Positions 1-9,387 of a stretch of 39,253 nt of DNA are shown one piece after another (position 1 is the first letter of the stretch; each line of letters starts with the position of its first letter). The notes beneath the pieces were generated by a model, which was not told the origin of the DNA, ran no database searches, and saw only the letters and a list, made by a program, of their open reading frames with translations. The position numbers and the translations under genes are program-made. This stretch comes from Solirubrobacterales bacterium (lineage in GTDB: Bacteria > Actinomycetota > Thermoleophilia > Solirubrobacterales > Solirubrobacteraceae), in the NCBI GenBank assembly GCA_003151895.1, contig PLYX01000062.1:5427-44679 (forward strand), in the 5' to 3' direction.

Positions 1-467
1 TGGGCGGGCTGATCTTCACGTTCTTTGCCGCCATTTATTACTGGGTCCCCAAGATGTTTGGACTGCGCCTCAACGAGCGCCTGGCAAAGATCCACTTCTG
101 GTCGCTTTTCATCGCGTTCAACTCCACGTTCATGCCGTTGTTCGTGCTCGGCATGAAGGGCATGCCCAGGCGTGTGTCCACCTATGCCCCGAACCTGCAG
201 GGACTGAACGACTGGGTGTCCATTTCGGCGTTTGTCATCGGGCTCTCGATGCTCGTGTTTCTGTTCAACGTGATCTACTCGCTGATCATCGTGCGGCGCC
301 CGGCCGAGTCCAACCCGTGGCACTCAAAGGCGCTGGAGTGGCAGGTGCCCACGCCGGTGCCGGTGAACAACTTCGAGAAGATCCCCGTGATCGACTCCGA
401 CCCCTACGAATACGGCACGCCGCTGCCGTCGCGCGGGGCGGCGCCCGCGGTGTCGGCGGGAGGTTGA
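1..467 (+). CDS. ctaD: Cytochrome c oxidase subunit I, C-terminal part (5' end outside window)
   Basis: Frame is open from position 3. YYWVPKMFG...HFW...GMPRR...NPW...LEW...PxPxxNF are hallmark C-terminal motifs of heme-copper oxidase subunit I. Confidence 0.93.
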   Translation, partial: GGLIFTFFAAIYYWVPKMFGLRLNERLAKIHFWSLFIAFNSTFMPLFVLGMKGMPRRVSTYAPNLQGLNDWVSISAFVIGLSMLVFLFNVIYSLIIVRRPAESNPWHSKALEWQVPTPVPVNNFEKIPVIDSDPYEYGTPLPSRGAAPAVSAGG

Positions 468-468
468 T

Positions 469-1134
469 GTGGAGAGCTCCGGCGCGGGCGTACCGCTGAA
501 CCCGGGCGTCGCGGGCGTCCATGTGGATGTCGCGATCCCACCCGAGCCGCCCGAGATCGGCGCTCGCTCGCTATATGTGGCCTCGCGCCTTTTGGCGGGC
601 GCCTCGACCTTCTTCTTCCTCGCCTTTCTGTTCGCCTACTTCTACCTGCGCTCGCTGAACGAGAGTGGCATGTGGCATCCGGCCAACGTGAAGCCCGACC
701 AGACGCTCGGCGCGGTGGTGGTGGCGTGCGTCGTGGTGAGCGCGCTGCTCGCGATCGTCGCGGGCCGCCAGATGAGAGGACACTCGCGCGGCTGGGTCGT
801 GGCGGCGAGCGGCTCGCTGCTGCTCGGGCTGGCCGCGGTGGCGGTGCAGTGCATCCAGTACACCGTTCAGCACTTCGGCCCCACCGACGGCGGCTACGCG
901 AGCGTGTTCTACAGCTGGACCGCCCTCTACATGATCGCGGTGCTCGCCACCATGTACTGGTTGGAGACGCAGGTTGCCACCGAGCTGCGCGCCCGCCGCG
1001 CGCCCGCCTCCGCTCACGGTGACATCGCCGACCCCGATCGGCTGATCGCCCCGGGCTTGGACGCGGTCGTGTTCTTCTGGTCCTACCTGGCCGGGATCGG
1101 TGTGGTGACGTGGGTGACGCTGTACCTGGTGTAG
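469..1134 (+). CDS. Cytochrome c oxidase subunit III-like membrane protein
   Basis: About 5 TM helices; FFFLAFLFAYFYLR, GGYASVFY and FFW...W motifs; follows subunit I, with GGAGG upstream of the GTG. Confidence 0.78.
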   Translation: MESSGAGVPLNPGVAGVHVDVAIPPEPPEIGARSLYVASRLLAGASTFFFLAFLFAYFYLRSLNESGMWHPANVKPDQTLGAVVVACVVVSALLAIVAGRQMRGHSRGWVVAASGSLLLGLAAVAVQCIQYTVQHFGPTDGGYASVFYSWTALYMIAVLATMYWLETQVATELRARRAPASAHGDIADPDRLIAPGLDAVVFFWSYLAGIGVVTWVTLYLV

Positions 1135-2042
1135 TGCTCGCGGCGAGCTCGGCCACGCCCGGCTTCTGGGACTGGTCGTTCGATCCGCCGTTCGTTCTCG
1201 TGGTCGACCTCGCGATCCTCTACTGGTACGGCAATCGGCGCACAATCGCCGCGCCGCGCACGACCGCGCTTCGTCGCCTGCGACACGGCTCTTTCTACGC
1301 GGGCCTCGTGGTGCTGCTGGTCGCGCTGGCCTCGCCGCTCGAGCGGCTCAGCGAGCAGCTCTTCTGGGCGCACATGCTTCAGCACATCCTGCTGCTGGTG
1401 GTGGCCCCGCCGCTGATAGTGCTGGCGCGCCCATGGGTTCGCCTGTGGCGCTCGCTGCCGCTCGACGCGCGCCAATCGCTCGGGCGCAGCTTCACCCGCG
1501 GCCGCCTGGTCTGGCTGCGGCATATGAGCGCCGCCCTCGGACGGCCGCTGCCGAGCTTCGTGCTGTTCTGCGGCGTGGTGCTCGGCTGGCACGTGCCGGT
1601 GCTGTTCGATGCGACGCTGACCTCGGAAACGTTGCACGCGCTCGAGCACACGCTGTTCTTCGCGACCGCGCTCATGTTCTGGAAGCAGGTGATCGACTCG
1701 CCGCCGCTGCACGCAAGCCTGGGCGAATTGCAGCGCGTCGCCTACCTCGTCGGCGCGATGGTCGTGATGTGGGTGTTGGCGGTGGTGCTGGCGCTCGCTC
1801 CGCACCCGCTGTACGGAGCGTACGCGCAGCAGGCGTCCCGTCCGGGCGGCATCTCAGCCCTGTCAGACCAGCAGATCGCGGCCGGCATCATGTGGGTGCC
1901 GGGCTCGATCGCGTTCGTGATCGTGCTGTTCGTCTACTTCCACCGCTGGCTGGCGCCGGTGACGGCAACCGCGCCGCCCTCGACCAAGCCGCCCGTCGCC
2001 GTGAAGGCGGCGACGGGCGGACTCGTGAGCGACCATCAGTAG
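1134..2042 (+). CDS. ctaG: Cytochrome c oxidase assembly protein, caa3-type CtaG family
   Basis: SP...LFWAHMLQH.LL...APPL, WHVP, H.LEH and DQQIAAGIMWVPG motifs. GTG at 1134 overlaps the upstream TAG; the ORF track starts at 1110. Confidence 0.88.
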   Translation: MLAASSATPGFWDWSFDPPFVLVVDLAILYWYGNRRTIAAPRTTALRRLRHGSFYAGLVVLLVALASPLERLSEQLFWAHMLQHILLLVVAPPLIVLARPWVRLWRSLPLDARQSLGRSFTRGRLVWLRHMSAALGRPLPSFVLFCGVVLGWHVPVLFDATLTSETLHALEHTLFFATALMFWKQVIDSPPLHASLGELQRVAYLVGAMVVMWVLAVVLALAPHPLYGAYAQQASRPGGISALSDQQIAAGIMWVPGSIAFVIVLFVYFHRWLAPVTATAPPSTKPPVAVKAATGGLVSDHQ

Positions 2043-2054
2043 AGGAGGAACGCA

Positions 2055-2192
2055 ATGCCCCAAGCAGCGATACCGGTCCTCGCCTCCTTCTCAGGGGGCT
2101 CCGTCCTCACGCTCGTGCTCCCGCTGGGAGTGCTGATCGCCGTGGTGTTCTGGTACGTCTGGCTGTGGCGTCACGGCGCCGGCGAGCGCTGA
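2055..2192 (+). CDS. Small single-TM membrane protein, 45 aa (MPQAAIPVLASFSGGSVLTLVLPLGVLIAVVFWYVWLWRHGAGER)
   Basis: Read manually and absent from the ORF track. Strong GAGGAGG RBS just upstream of ATG 2055, hydrophobic helix, last gene of the oxidase operon. Confidence 0.75.
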   Translation: MPQAAIPVLASFSGGSVLTLVLPLGVLIAVVFWYVWLWRHGAGER

Positions 2193-2210
2193 AGCGGTTT
2201 GAGGAAGGCC

Positions 2211-2236
2211 GGCGCGCGGCCTCCCATCCGCGCGCC
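2211..2236. terminator. GC-rich hairpin between convergent genes (probable terminator)
   Basis: GGCGCGCGG-8 nt loop-CCGCGCGCC perfect 9-bp stem; no U-tract. Confidence 0.5.
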
Positions 2237-2267
2237 CTGTCCCACCTTCACGGCAGGCTGCCCCAGC

Positions 2268-3791
2268 TCAGAACCGGGCCGGCGCGTGCTCCACTGGCTC
2301 CTCGAACAAGCCCGGTTCGACCGTTTCCAATTTGCGTGAGAAGTAGTCGCGGAAGTGCAGGCGCGAAGCGAGCATCAGGATCAGGCCGATCAGCATCCCG
2401 CCGATTCCCATCCACAGCGGCAGCGTGATGCCGAGGATCGGTTTGGAGGAGACGTTTTCGGCGTGCCCGTAGTACACGGCGGCGTAGCCCGCGACGCCGA
2501 ACAGCATCAGCGCGCCGAACAGCGGCGCGATGCCGAGCAGGATCAGGTCGCGCAGGCTGTTGCTCAGCTCGTGGCGGTAGTACACGATGCAGGCGATCCC
2601 GGTGAAGCCGTAGTAGAAGCAGATCGGGAAGCCGATCGCCACGATCGAGTCTTCCAGCGCGCTTTCCGACAGGTTCAGGATCACGAGCGTCCACGCGATC
2701 GACACGGCCCCCATCATCAGCGTCGAGAAGCTGGGGGTGAGATAGCGCTTGTGCACCTGTCCGAACGCTTTCGGGATCGACTTCCAGTAGGCCATCGACA
2801 GCGTCGTGCGCGCGGTCGGCAGGATCGTCGTCTGCGTTGACGCCGAGGCGGAGGTCAGCACCGCGATGATCAGCAGCTTGTCCCACGGGAAGCCGAACAC
2901 CTTAGAGCCGAGCACGTTCAGCACGTCGCTCTGGTTGGCTTCGTTCGTAAGCAGCCCGGTGCCGCCGTACGCCTGGCCGGCGGCCGACACGATCACGTAG
3001 ATGAGGACGAGCAGGATCGTCGACATCACCGCGGCGCGTCCCGGTCCCTCGTTGGCATCCTCGGACTCCTCGTTGACCGCCACGCCCGAGTCCCAGCCCC
3101 AGTAGATGAATATCCCCAGTAGGACGCCGTCGATCAGCGCTTTGAAGCTCAGCGCAAACGGGTTGAACCAGGCGAAGGCCGGCTCGATCGAGCCGGCCGG
3201 GTGGTTGGCGTAGACCTTCACGAACGTCACCACCGCGAACACGCCGAGGATCAGGATCTCGGCGCTCAGCAGGAACTGCTGGATGCGCGCGGACAGCTCG
3301 ATCCCGCGATAGCAGATCCAGGTCATCACGGCGATCCACACGACCGCCGCCGCCATCACGGCGGCGGTCGATTCGGACAGTTCGGTGAAGCCGAAGAGCT
3401 TGAAGGTGTAGATGCCCGCGATGTCCGCCAGCGAGGCCATCACGAGCACGTCGGCGAGGAAGATCGCCCAGCCGTTGACCCAGCCCGTGCCTGGGCCGAG
3501 CGCGCGGGTCGTCCACGCGAACGTCGTGCCCGCGTCGGGGTCGGCCCTGTTCAGGCCCTGGTAGGCGCCCGCGATTAGGAGCATCGGCACGAACGCCACG
3601 AGCAGCACCGCGGGCGCGTGCACGCCCACGCCGGTGACCGCCACGATGAAGCCCAGCGTCGCCGCCAGCGAGTAGGCGGGCGCCGTCGAGGCCACGCCGA
3701 TCACGAGGTTCGAGAGGTAGCCGATCGCGTCTTTCTTCAGACCCTTGTCGACCACCGTCCCATTGGCACGTGTATCGATCGTCACAATCAC
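2268..3791 (-). CDS. APC-family amino acid/polyamine permease
   Basis: About 12 TM helices; STAPAYS, PDAGTTFAW, IYWGWD...NEES and ARTTLSM motifs. Confidence 0.9.
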   Translation of the reverse strand: MIVTIDTRANGTVVDKGLKKDAIGYLSNLVIGVASTAPAYSLAATLGFIVAVTGVGVHAPAVLLVAFVPMLLIAGAYQGLNRADPDAGTTFAWTTRALGPGTGWVNGWAIFLADVLVMASLADIAGIYTFKLFGFTELSESTAAVMAAAVVWIAVMTWICYRGIELSARIQQFLLSAEILILGVFAVVTFVKVYANHPAGSIEPAFAWFNPFALSFKALIDGVLLGIFIYWGWDSGVAVNEESEDANEGPGRAAVMSTILLVLIYVIVSAAGQAYGGTGLLTNEANQSDVLNVLGSKVFGFPWDKLLIIAVLTSASASTQTTILPTARTTLSMAYWKSIPKAFGQVHKRYLTPSFSTLMMGAVSIAWTLVILNLSESALEDSIVAIGFPICFYYGFTGIACIVYYRHELSNSLRDLILLGIAPLFGALMLFGVAGYAAVYYGHAENVSSKPILGITLPLWMGIGGMLIGLILMLASRLHFRDYFSRKLETVEPGLFEEPVEHAPARF

Positions 3792-3853
3792 GAAGGGTAG
3801 GACGGGTTTGGCGCATTCGCAAGGGGAGCAACCGCCAAGAAGTCACACAGGTT

Positions 3854-3890
3854 TTGTACATCTCGTACAACGGGTAGACATCTTGTTGAA
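3854..3890. promoter_or_regulatory. PucR/CdaR-family operator pair in the divergent permease-aminotransferase promoter
   Basis: Perfect TTGTAC-N5-GTACAA at 3854-3870, plus a degenerate copy (11/17 identical) at 3874-3890, 20 nt further on. Matches the TTGT-N9-ACAA pattern of PutR-like regulators; a PucR-family gene is in the cluster. Confidence 0.7.
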
Positions 3891-3944
3891 CGAGTAGCGC
3901 ATTGAGAGGCACAAGTGCGAGCGATACCGTTGTCCCAGGTGTCT

Positions 3945-5390
3945 ATGTCAAGCGATCCTCCAAATTTGATGTCGCCCGACCCAACCCTCCGGGCTGGGTG
4001 CCCCGCGGGCGATCGATCGGTGGCGGCGGCGGGGGCGAGCGGCGACCTGCAGGCGCTCGCCAAGCGTCATCTGTGGATGCACTTCACGCGCATGGGCGCT
4101 TACGAGGACCACGAGGTGCCCGTGATCGAGCGCGGCGAGGGCTGCTACGTGTACGACACGCACGGCAAGCGCTACCTCGACGGGCTCTCGGCGCTGTACT
4201 GCGTCAACGTCGGCCACGGCCGCGCCGAGTTGGGGGAGGCCGCCGCCGAGCAGGCCAAGAAGCTCGGCTTCTATACGAACTGGAGCTACGCCCACCCGCC
4301 GTCGATCGAACTGGCGGCGCGCATCGCCGCGCTCGCGCCCGGCGACCTGAACCGCGTGTTCTTCGTGTCCGGCGGCTCGGAGGCGGTCGAGTCGGCGTGG
4401 AAGCTCGCCAAGGCATATCACGCCGCCTGCGGGGAGCCGCGCCGGCACAAGATCGTCTCGCGCTATCTCGCCTACCACGGCACCTCGATGGGGGCGCTCA
4501 CCGCCACCGGGCTGCCACCCCTGCGCGAGCCGTTCGAGCCGCTGACGCCCGGCGGCAGGCACGTGGTGAACACCAACTCCTACCGCTGGACCGAAGAGCG
4601 CGACCCGCTGTGGGCGGCGGAGGCGATCGAGGAGGCGATCCTGTTCGAGGGCCCCCACACGGTCGCCGCGGTGATCCTCGAGCCGGTCCAGAACGGCGGC
4701 GGCTGCCTCGTGCCGCAGGAGGGCTACTTCCAGCGGGTGCGCGAGATCTGCGACCGCCACGGCGTGCTGCTCATCTCCGACGAGGTGATCTGCGCTTGGG
4801 GCAGGCTCGGGCACTGGTTCGGCTGCGAGCGCTTCGGCTGCCGCCCGGACATCGTCACCACCGCGAAGGGCATGACCTCGGCGTATGCGCCGATGGGCGC
4901 CGTGATCGCCTCCGACCGCGTCGCGGAGCCGTTCCTGCACGCGCGCGCGATCTTCAACCACGGCTTCACGTTCGGCGGGCACCCGATGGCGTGCGCGGTG
5001 GCGATGGCCAACATCGATGTGATGGAGCGCGAGCACATCAACGAGCACGTGCTCGCCCACGAGGGCGAATTCCGCGACATGCTCGAGGGGTTGCGTGACC
5101 TGCCGATCGTCGGCGACGTGCGCGGCGCCGGCTACTTCCACGCGATCGAGCTCGTCAAGGACAGGGACACCAAGCAGACGTTCGACGCGCACGAGTCAGA
5201 GGAGCTGCTGCGCGGCTTCCTCTCCGGCGCGCTGTTCGAGCGCGGGCTGATCTGCCGCACCGACGATCGCGGCGACCCCGTCATACAGCTCTCCCCGCCG
5301 CTGATCGCCGACCGCGAGCAGTTCGAGGAGATCGAGGCGATCCTGCGGCCAGTGCTCAGCGAGGCGTGGGAGCGGGTCGTAAAGCGATAG
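3945..5390 (+). CDS. Class-III PLP aminotransferase (omega-amine/putrescine:pyruvate type)
   Basis: YLDGLSAL, SGGSEA, AYHG, ILEPVQ, DEVICAWGR, TTAKG (PLP lysine) and HGFTFGGHP. ATG 3945 preferred over the track start at 3915. Confidence 0.9.
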   Translation: MSSDPPNLMSPDPTLRAGCPAGDRSVAAAGASGDLQALAKRHLWMHFTRMGAYEDHEVPVIERGEGCYVYDTHGKRYLDGLSALYCVNVGHGRAELGEAAAEQAKKLGFYTNWSYAHPPSIELAARIAALAPGDLNRVFFVSGGSEAVESAWKLAKAYHAACGEPRRHKIVSRYLAYHGTSMGALTATGLPPLREPFEPLTPGGRHVVNTNSYRWTEERDPLWAAEAIEEAILFEGPHTVAAVILEPVQNGGGCLVPQEGYFQRVREICDRHGVLLISDEVICAWGRLGHWFGCERFGCRPDIVTTAKGMTSAYAPMGAVIASDRVAEPFLHARAIFNHGFTFGGHPMACAVAMANIDVMEREHINEHVLAHEGEFRDMLEGLRDLPIVGDVRGAGYFHAIELVKDRDTKQTFDAHESEELLRGFLSGALFERGLICRTDDRGDPVIQLSPPLIADREQFEEIEAILRPVLSEAWERVVKR

Positions 5391-5394
5391 TTCG

Positions 5395-6612
5395 ATGCTG
5401 ACCGTCGAGAGCCTCGTCGCGGAGCTGGGCCTGACGCTCGCCACGGGCGAGGAAAACGCGCAGGTCAGCGTGCGCTGGGTGCACTCCACCGAGCTGCTCG
5501 ACCCCACGCCGTGGCTGCGCGGGGGCGAGCTCCTGCTGACCACGGGACTGCAGCTGATGGGGGCAGAGCCCCAGCGCGAGTTCGTCGAGCGGCTCGCCGA
5601 GCGCGAGATCGCGGGGCTCGGATTCGGCACCGGCTTCGTGCACAAGAAGGTGCCCGCCGCGATCCTCAACACGGCGCGCAAGCGCGGCTTCCCGCTGTTC
5701 GAGGTGCCGTATGAGCTGCCGTTCATCGCGGTCACCGAGCGCGTGTTCGCGCAGCTGCTCAACGAGCGCTACGAGCTCCTGCAGCGCAACATGGCGGGCG
5801 ACGTTCTGGCGGAGGCGCTCACCGGCAGGCTCTACCCTGACGAGCTGCAGGCGCGGCTGCGCCCGTTCGGAATCGGCGAGACCGCCGCCGTGCTGGCGTT
5901 CGCGCTGCGCGAGCCCGGCACCGCCGCCTCCACGCTCGAAGCGATCCTCGAGCGCCTTGGAGCGCACAGCCTGGTCGCATTGCGCAACGGGCTGTTGTGC
6001 GCGGTCGTCGATTGCAACGGTCAGGCTGCGCCCGGAACGCCCAGTGCGTCGCATGGCTCGGCCGGGACGCCCAGCGCCGCGCCAGGGTCGGCCGGGGGCG
6101 AGGACGCCGCGCCCGGCAACGACCCGATCGAGCTGGCAAGGCGCGTGCGCGGCGAGCTTCAGGCGCGCTTCGGCGAGGTTCGAGCGGCTGCCTCCCGGCC
6201 GGCGCCAACGCACATGCTCAGGCGCAGCTTCCACGAGGCGCGCTGCGCGCTGGAAGCCGTGCGTCTTGCGAACGGGAGCGCGCCGGACGTGGCCTCCTAC
6301 AAGGACCTCGGCGCCTTCCAGCTGTTGCTCTCCCTGCAGGATGACGACGCGCTCGCCTCCTACTGCCAGAGCGTGCTCGGGCCGGTCGAGTCCGACGAGG
6401 GCGAGTACGGCGACGAGCTGCTGCGCTCGCTGGACGTGTTCATCGAACAGAACGGCCACTGGGAGAAGGCCGCCCAGGCGCTCTACTGCCATCGCCACAC
6501 GCTGCGCTACCGCATCAAGCGCGTGGAACAGCTCACCGGGCGCGACTTCTCGCACGCGCGCGACCGGATCGAGTTCTGGCTCGCGCTGCGGGGCAGGGAG
6601 CTCGCGCGATGA
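5395..6612 (+). CDS. PucR-family transcriptional regulator
   Basis: N-terminal VRWVHSTEL.DP.PWLRGGELLLTTG domain; C-terminal HTH AAQALYCHRHTLRYRIKR. Confidence 0.93.
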   Translation: MLTVESLVAELGLTLATGEENAQVSVRWVHSTELLDPTPWLRGGELLLTTGLQLMGAEPQREFVERLAEREIAGLGFGTGFVHKKVPAAILNTARKRGFPLFEVPYELPFIAVTERVFAQLLNERYELLQRNMAGDVLAEALTGRLYPDELQARLRPFGIGETAAVLAFALREPGTAASTLEAILERLGAHSLVALRNGLLCAVVDCNGQAAPGTPSASHGSAGTPSAAPGSAGGEDAAPGNDPIELARRVRGELQARFGEVRAAASRPAPTHMLRRSFHEARCALEAVRLANGSAPDVASYKDLGAFQLLLSLQDDDALASYCQSVLGPVESDEGEYGDELLRSLDVFIEQNGHWEKAAQALYCHRHTLRYRIKRVEQLTGRDFSHARDRIEFWLALRGRELAR

Positions 6613-6626
6613 GATCGCCATGTGGA

Positions 6627-6675
6627 TTTTTTTTGGGGACTGCTGTTCCATCTTGCGTCGATAGGGGGCAGTCCC
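6627..6675. repeat. Palindromic REP-like element / hairpin directly upstream of ald
   Basis: GGGACTGC (6636-6643) pairs with GCAGTCCC (6668-6675). Positions 6627-6652 match the reverse complement of 7793-7818 at 22/26. Confidence 0.6.
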
Positions 6676-6676
6676 A

Positions 6677-7843
6677 GTGAGAGTTGGAGTGCCCACTGAG
6701 ATAAAGCCGGACGAGTATCGCGTCGCGATCACCCCCGCCGGTGTGCGCGAGCTCTGCTCGCGCGGCCACGAGGTCTTGATCCAGGCCGGAGCGGGCGTCG
6801 GCAGCGCGATCTCCGACGCCCAGTTCCAGGCGCAGGGCGCCACGATCGTCGAGGGCGCGCAGGCGCTGTTCGCGGGCGCGGAGCTGATCCTGAAGGTGAA
6901 GGAGCCGCAGTCCTCGGAGATGGCTCTGCTCGATGGGGAGCACACGCTGTTCACCTACCTGCACCTCGCTGCCGAGCCCGAGCTGGCTCAAGGATTGCTC
7001 CGCTCAGGCGCAACCTGCATCGCCTACGAGACGGTCGAGGACTCCGGCGGCCGCTTGCCGCTGCTCGCCCCGATGAGCGAGGTCGCCGGCAAGATCGCCA
7101 CGCAGGCGGGAGCGTTCATGCTCGAGAAGCCGATGGGCGGGCGCGGCATCCTGCTCGGCGGCGTGCCCGGCGTGGCGGCCGCCACCGTGCTCGTTATCGG
7201 CGGCGGCGTGGTCGGGATGAACGCCGCCTTCATCGCGATCGGGATGCAGGCCGACGTGTTCGTGTTCGACCGCTCCATCGACCGCCTGCGTGAGCTCGAA
7301 GTGGCGTTCGGTGGACGCGCCTCCACCGTCTACTCCTCCACGCTCGCTATCGAGGAGATGCTGCCGCTCGCCGATCTGGTGATCGGCGCGGTGCTGATCC
7401 ACGGCGGACGCGCCCCGCACGTGATCGCACGCGAGCAGCTCGCCTCGATGAAGCGCCATGCGGTGCTCGTCGACGTCTCGATCGACCAGGGCGGCTGCTT
7501 TGAGACCTCGCGGCCCACCACCCATTCGGACCCCACGTTCGAGCTGGACGGCATCACCCACTACTGCGTCACCAACATGCCCGGCGCCGTGCCCATCACC
7601 TCCACCTACGCGCTCACGAACGCCACGCTTCCCTATGCGATCGAGCTGGCGGCAGGGGTGGAGCGGGCGATCGCGCGCAGCGAGGCATTGCGCCTCGGCG
7701 TGAATGTCCGCGAAGGCGAGCTCGTCCACCCGGCCGTAGCGCACGCGCTCGCAACGCCCGTGTCTTCAGACGGGGCGCGTTCAGGGCACATGGATAGAAC
7801 AGCAATCCCCCCAAAAAACCAGTCCCCGAGAACCCCACGCTAG
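6677..7843 (+). CDS. ald: Alanine dehydrogenase
   Basis: [56 protein letters not shown] and NMPGAVP.TST.AL motifs. Confidence 0.95.
   Translation: MRVGVPTEIKPDEYRVAITPAGVRELCSRGHEVLIQAGAGVGSAISDAQFQAQGATIVEGAQALFAGAELILKVKEPQSSEMALLDGEHTLFTYLHLAAEPELAQGLLRSGATCIAYETVEDSGGRLPLLAPMSEVAGKIATQAGAFMLEKPMGGRGILLGGVPGVAAATVLVIGGGVVGMNAAFIAIGMQADVFVFDRSIDRLRELEVAFGGRASTVYSSTLAIEEMLPLADLVIGAVLIHGGRAPHVIAREQLASMKRHAVLVDVSIDQGGCFETSRPTTHSDPTFELDGITHYCVTNMPGAVPITSTYALTNATLPYAIELAAGVERAIARSEALRLGVNVREGELVHPAVAHALATPVSSDGARSGHMDRTAIPPKNQSPRTPR
7793..7818. repeat. Second, inverted copy of the 6627-6652 repeat, lying in the 3' end of ald
   Basis: GATAGAACAGCAATCCCCCCAAAAAA is 22/26 identical to the reverse complement of 6627-6652. 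Confidence 0.6.
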
Positions 7844-7862
7844 ATCCAAGGAGGCAAGCGCC

Positions 7863-9305
7863 ATGGCCACCGCCCCACACACACTTCGTAACCTCATCGA
7901 CGGAGACTCTGTGGTCGGCGAAGGCGGGGAGACGATGGCCGTGCTCAACCCCGCCACCGGCGAGGAGCAGTGGCGCGCCCCTGTCTCAAGCGCCGAGGAC
8001 GTCGCAGTCGCCGTTCGGGCGGCGCGTCGCGCGTTCGAGGGCTGGTCGCAGACGACGCCCGCCGAACGCTCGCAGGCGCTGCTCGCGCTGGCAGCCACGA
8101 TCGAGCAGCACGGCGAGGAGCTCGCGCGCCTGGAGGCGCTCAACGCCGGCAAGCCGATCGTGGCGGTCTCGCGCGACGAGCTGCCCGTGATGGCCGACAA
8201 CCTGCGCTTCTTCGCCGGCGCCGCGCGCTGCCTTGAGGGTCGCGCCGCCGGCGAGTACATGCGGGGCTACACCTCGTTCGTCAGGCGCGAGGCGGTCGGC
8301 GTGATCGGCCAGATCACCCCGTGGAACTACCCGCTGATGATGGCCATCTGGAAGATCGCGCCCGCCCTGGCGGCCGGCAACACGGTGGTGCTCAAGCCCG
8401 CGGAGACCACGCCGGTGACGACCGTGCGGATGGCGGAGCTGGCGGCCGACATCCTGCCCGCCGGCGTGCTCAACGTCGTGATGGGCCCCGGCGAGCCCAC
8501 CGGCCAGGCGCTGCTCGAGCACCCCGACGTGGACATGGTCTCGCTGACAGGATCGGTCGCCACCGGCAAGCACGTCGCACGCACCGCCGCCGACACGCTC
8601 AAGCGCGTGCACCTGGAGCTCGGCGGCAAGGCGCCCGTGATCGTCTTCGATGACGTCGACATGGCAAGCGCGATGGAGACGATCGCCGCCACCGGCTACT
8701 ACAACGCCGGTCAGGACTGCACCGCCGCCACGCGGGTGCTCGCCGGCGCGGACGTCTACGACGACGTGGTCGCGGGCCTGGCAGAGCAGGCCCGTGGCCT
8801 CGTGATCGGCGACACGCTCGCCCCCGAGACCACGCTCGGCCCCGTCAACTCCGAGCGCCAGCGCAAGCGCGTCGAGGGCTTCCTCGAGCGACGGCCCATC
8901 CACGCGGAGGTGGTCACCGGCGGCGCCCAGCCGGGGCGCCGCGGCTTCTACCTCGAGCCCACCGTCATCGCCGCGCTGGAGCAGCACGACGAGCTGATCC
9001 AGAGCGAGATCTTCGGCCCGGTCATCACCGTGCAGCGCTTCACCGACGAGGCCCAGGCGATCGAGTGGGCCAACTCCACGCGCTACGGCCTCGCCTCCTC
9101 GGTATGGACGCGCGACGTGGGGCGGGCTTTGAGGGTGTCGAAGGCGCTGCGCTTCGGCTGCGTCTGGATCAACGACCACATCCCGCTCGTCTCCGAGATG
9201 CCCCACGGCGGCTTCAAGGAGTCCGGGTATGGCAAGGACCTGAGCGTCTATTCACTCGAGGACTACACGGTGCTCAAGCACGTGATGGCTTCGCTGGCCG
9301 GGTGA
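7863..9305 (+). CDS. NAD-dependent aldehyde dehydrogenase, probable gamma-aminobutyraldehyde dehydrogenase
   Basis: [23 protein letters not shown], catalytic GQDCTA, EIFGPV and [14 protein letters not shown]; AGGAGG RBS; amine catabolism context. Confidence 0.88.
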   Translation: MATAPHTLRNLIDGDSVVGEGGETMAVLNPATGEEQWRAPVSSAEDVAVAVRAARRAFEGWSQTTPAERSQALLALAATIEQHGEELARLEALNAGKPIVAVSRDELPVMADNLRFFAGAARCLEGRAAGEYMRGYTSFVRREAVGVIGQITPWNYPLMMAIWKIAPALAAGNTVVLKPAETTPVTTVRMAELAADILPAGVLNVVMGPGEPTGQALLEHPDVDMVSLTGSVATGKHVARTAADTLKRVHLELGGKAPVIVFDDVDMASAMETIAATGYYNAGQDCTAATRVLAGADVYDDVVAGLAEQARGLVIGDTLAPETTLGPVNSERQRKRVEGFLERRPIHAEVVTGGAQPGRRGFYLEPTVIAALEQHDELIQSEIFGPVITVQRFTDEAQAIEWANSTRYGLASSVWTRDVGRALRVSKALRFGCVWINDHIPLVSEMPHGGFKESGYGKDLSVYSLEDYTVLKHVMASLAG

Positions 9306-9323
9306 CATCCCGTGGAGGAGCCG

Positions 9324-9358
9324 CTCGGTGCGCCGGCTGCCGCGGGCAGCTCACCGAG
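9324..9358 (+). terminator. Stem-loop after the aldehyde dehydrogenase
   Basis: Outer stem CTCGGTG/CACCGAG enclosing an inner GCTGCC/GGCAGC stem. Confidence 0.45.
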
Positions 9359-9387
9359 GTGTCCGCCAGCCACGACAGAATGCTCGC

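Noticed and set aside
6627-6634. T8 tract as a phase-variation switch
   Set aside because: Short, intergenic and part of the repeat element; a single sequence gives no evidence of length variation.
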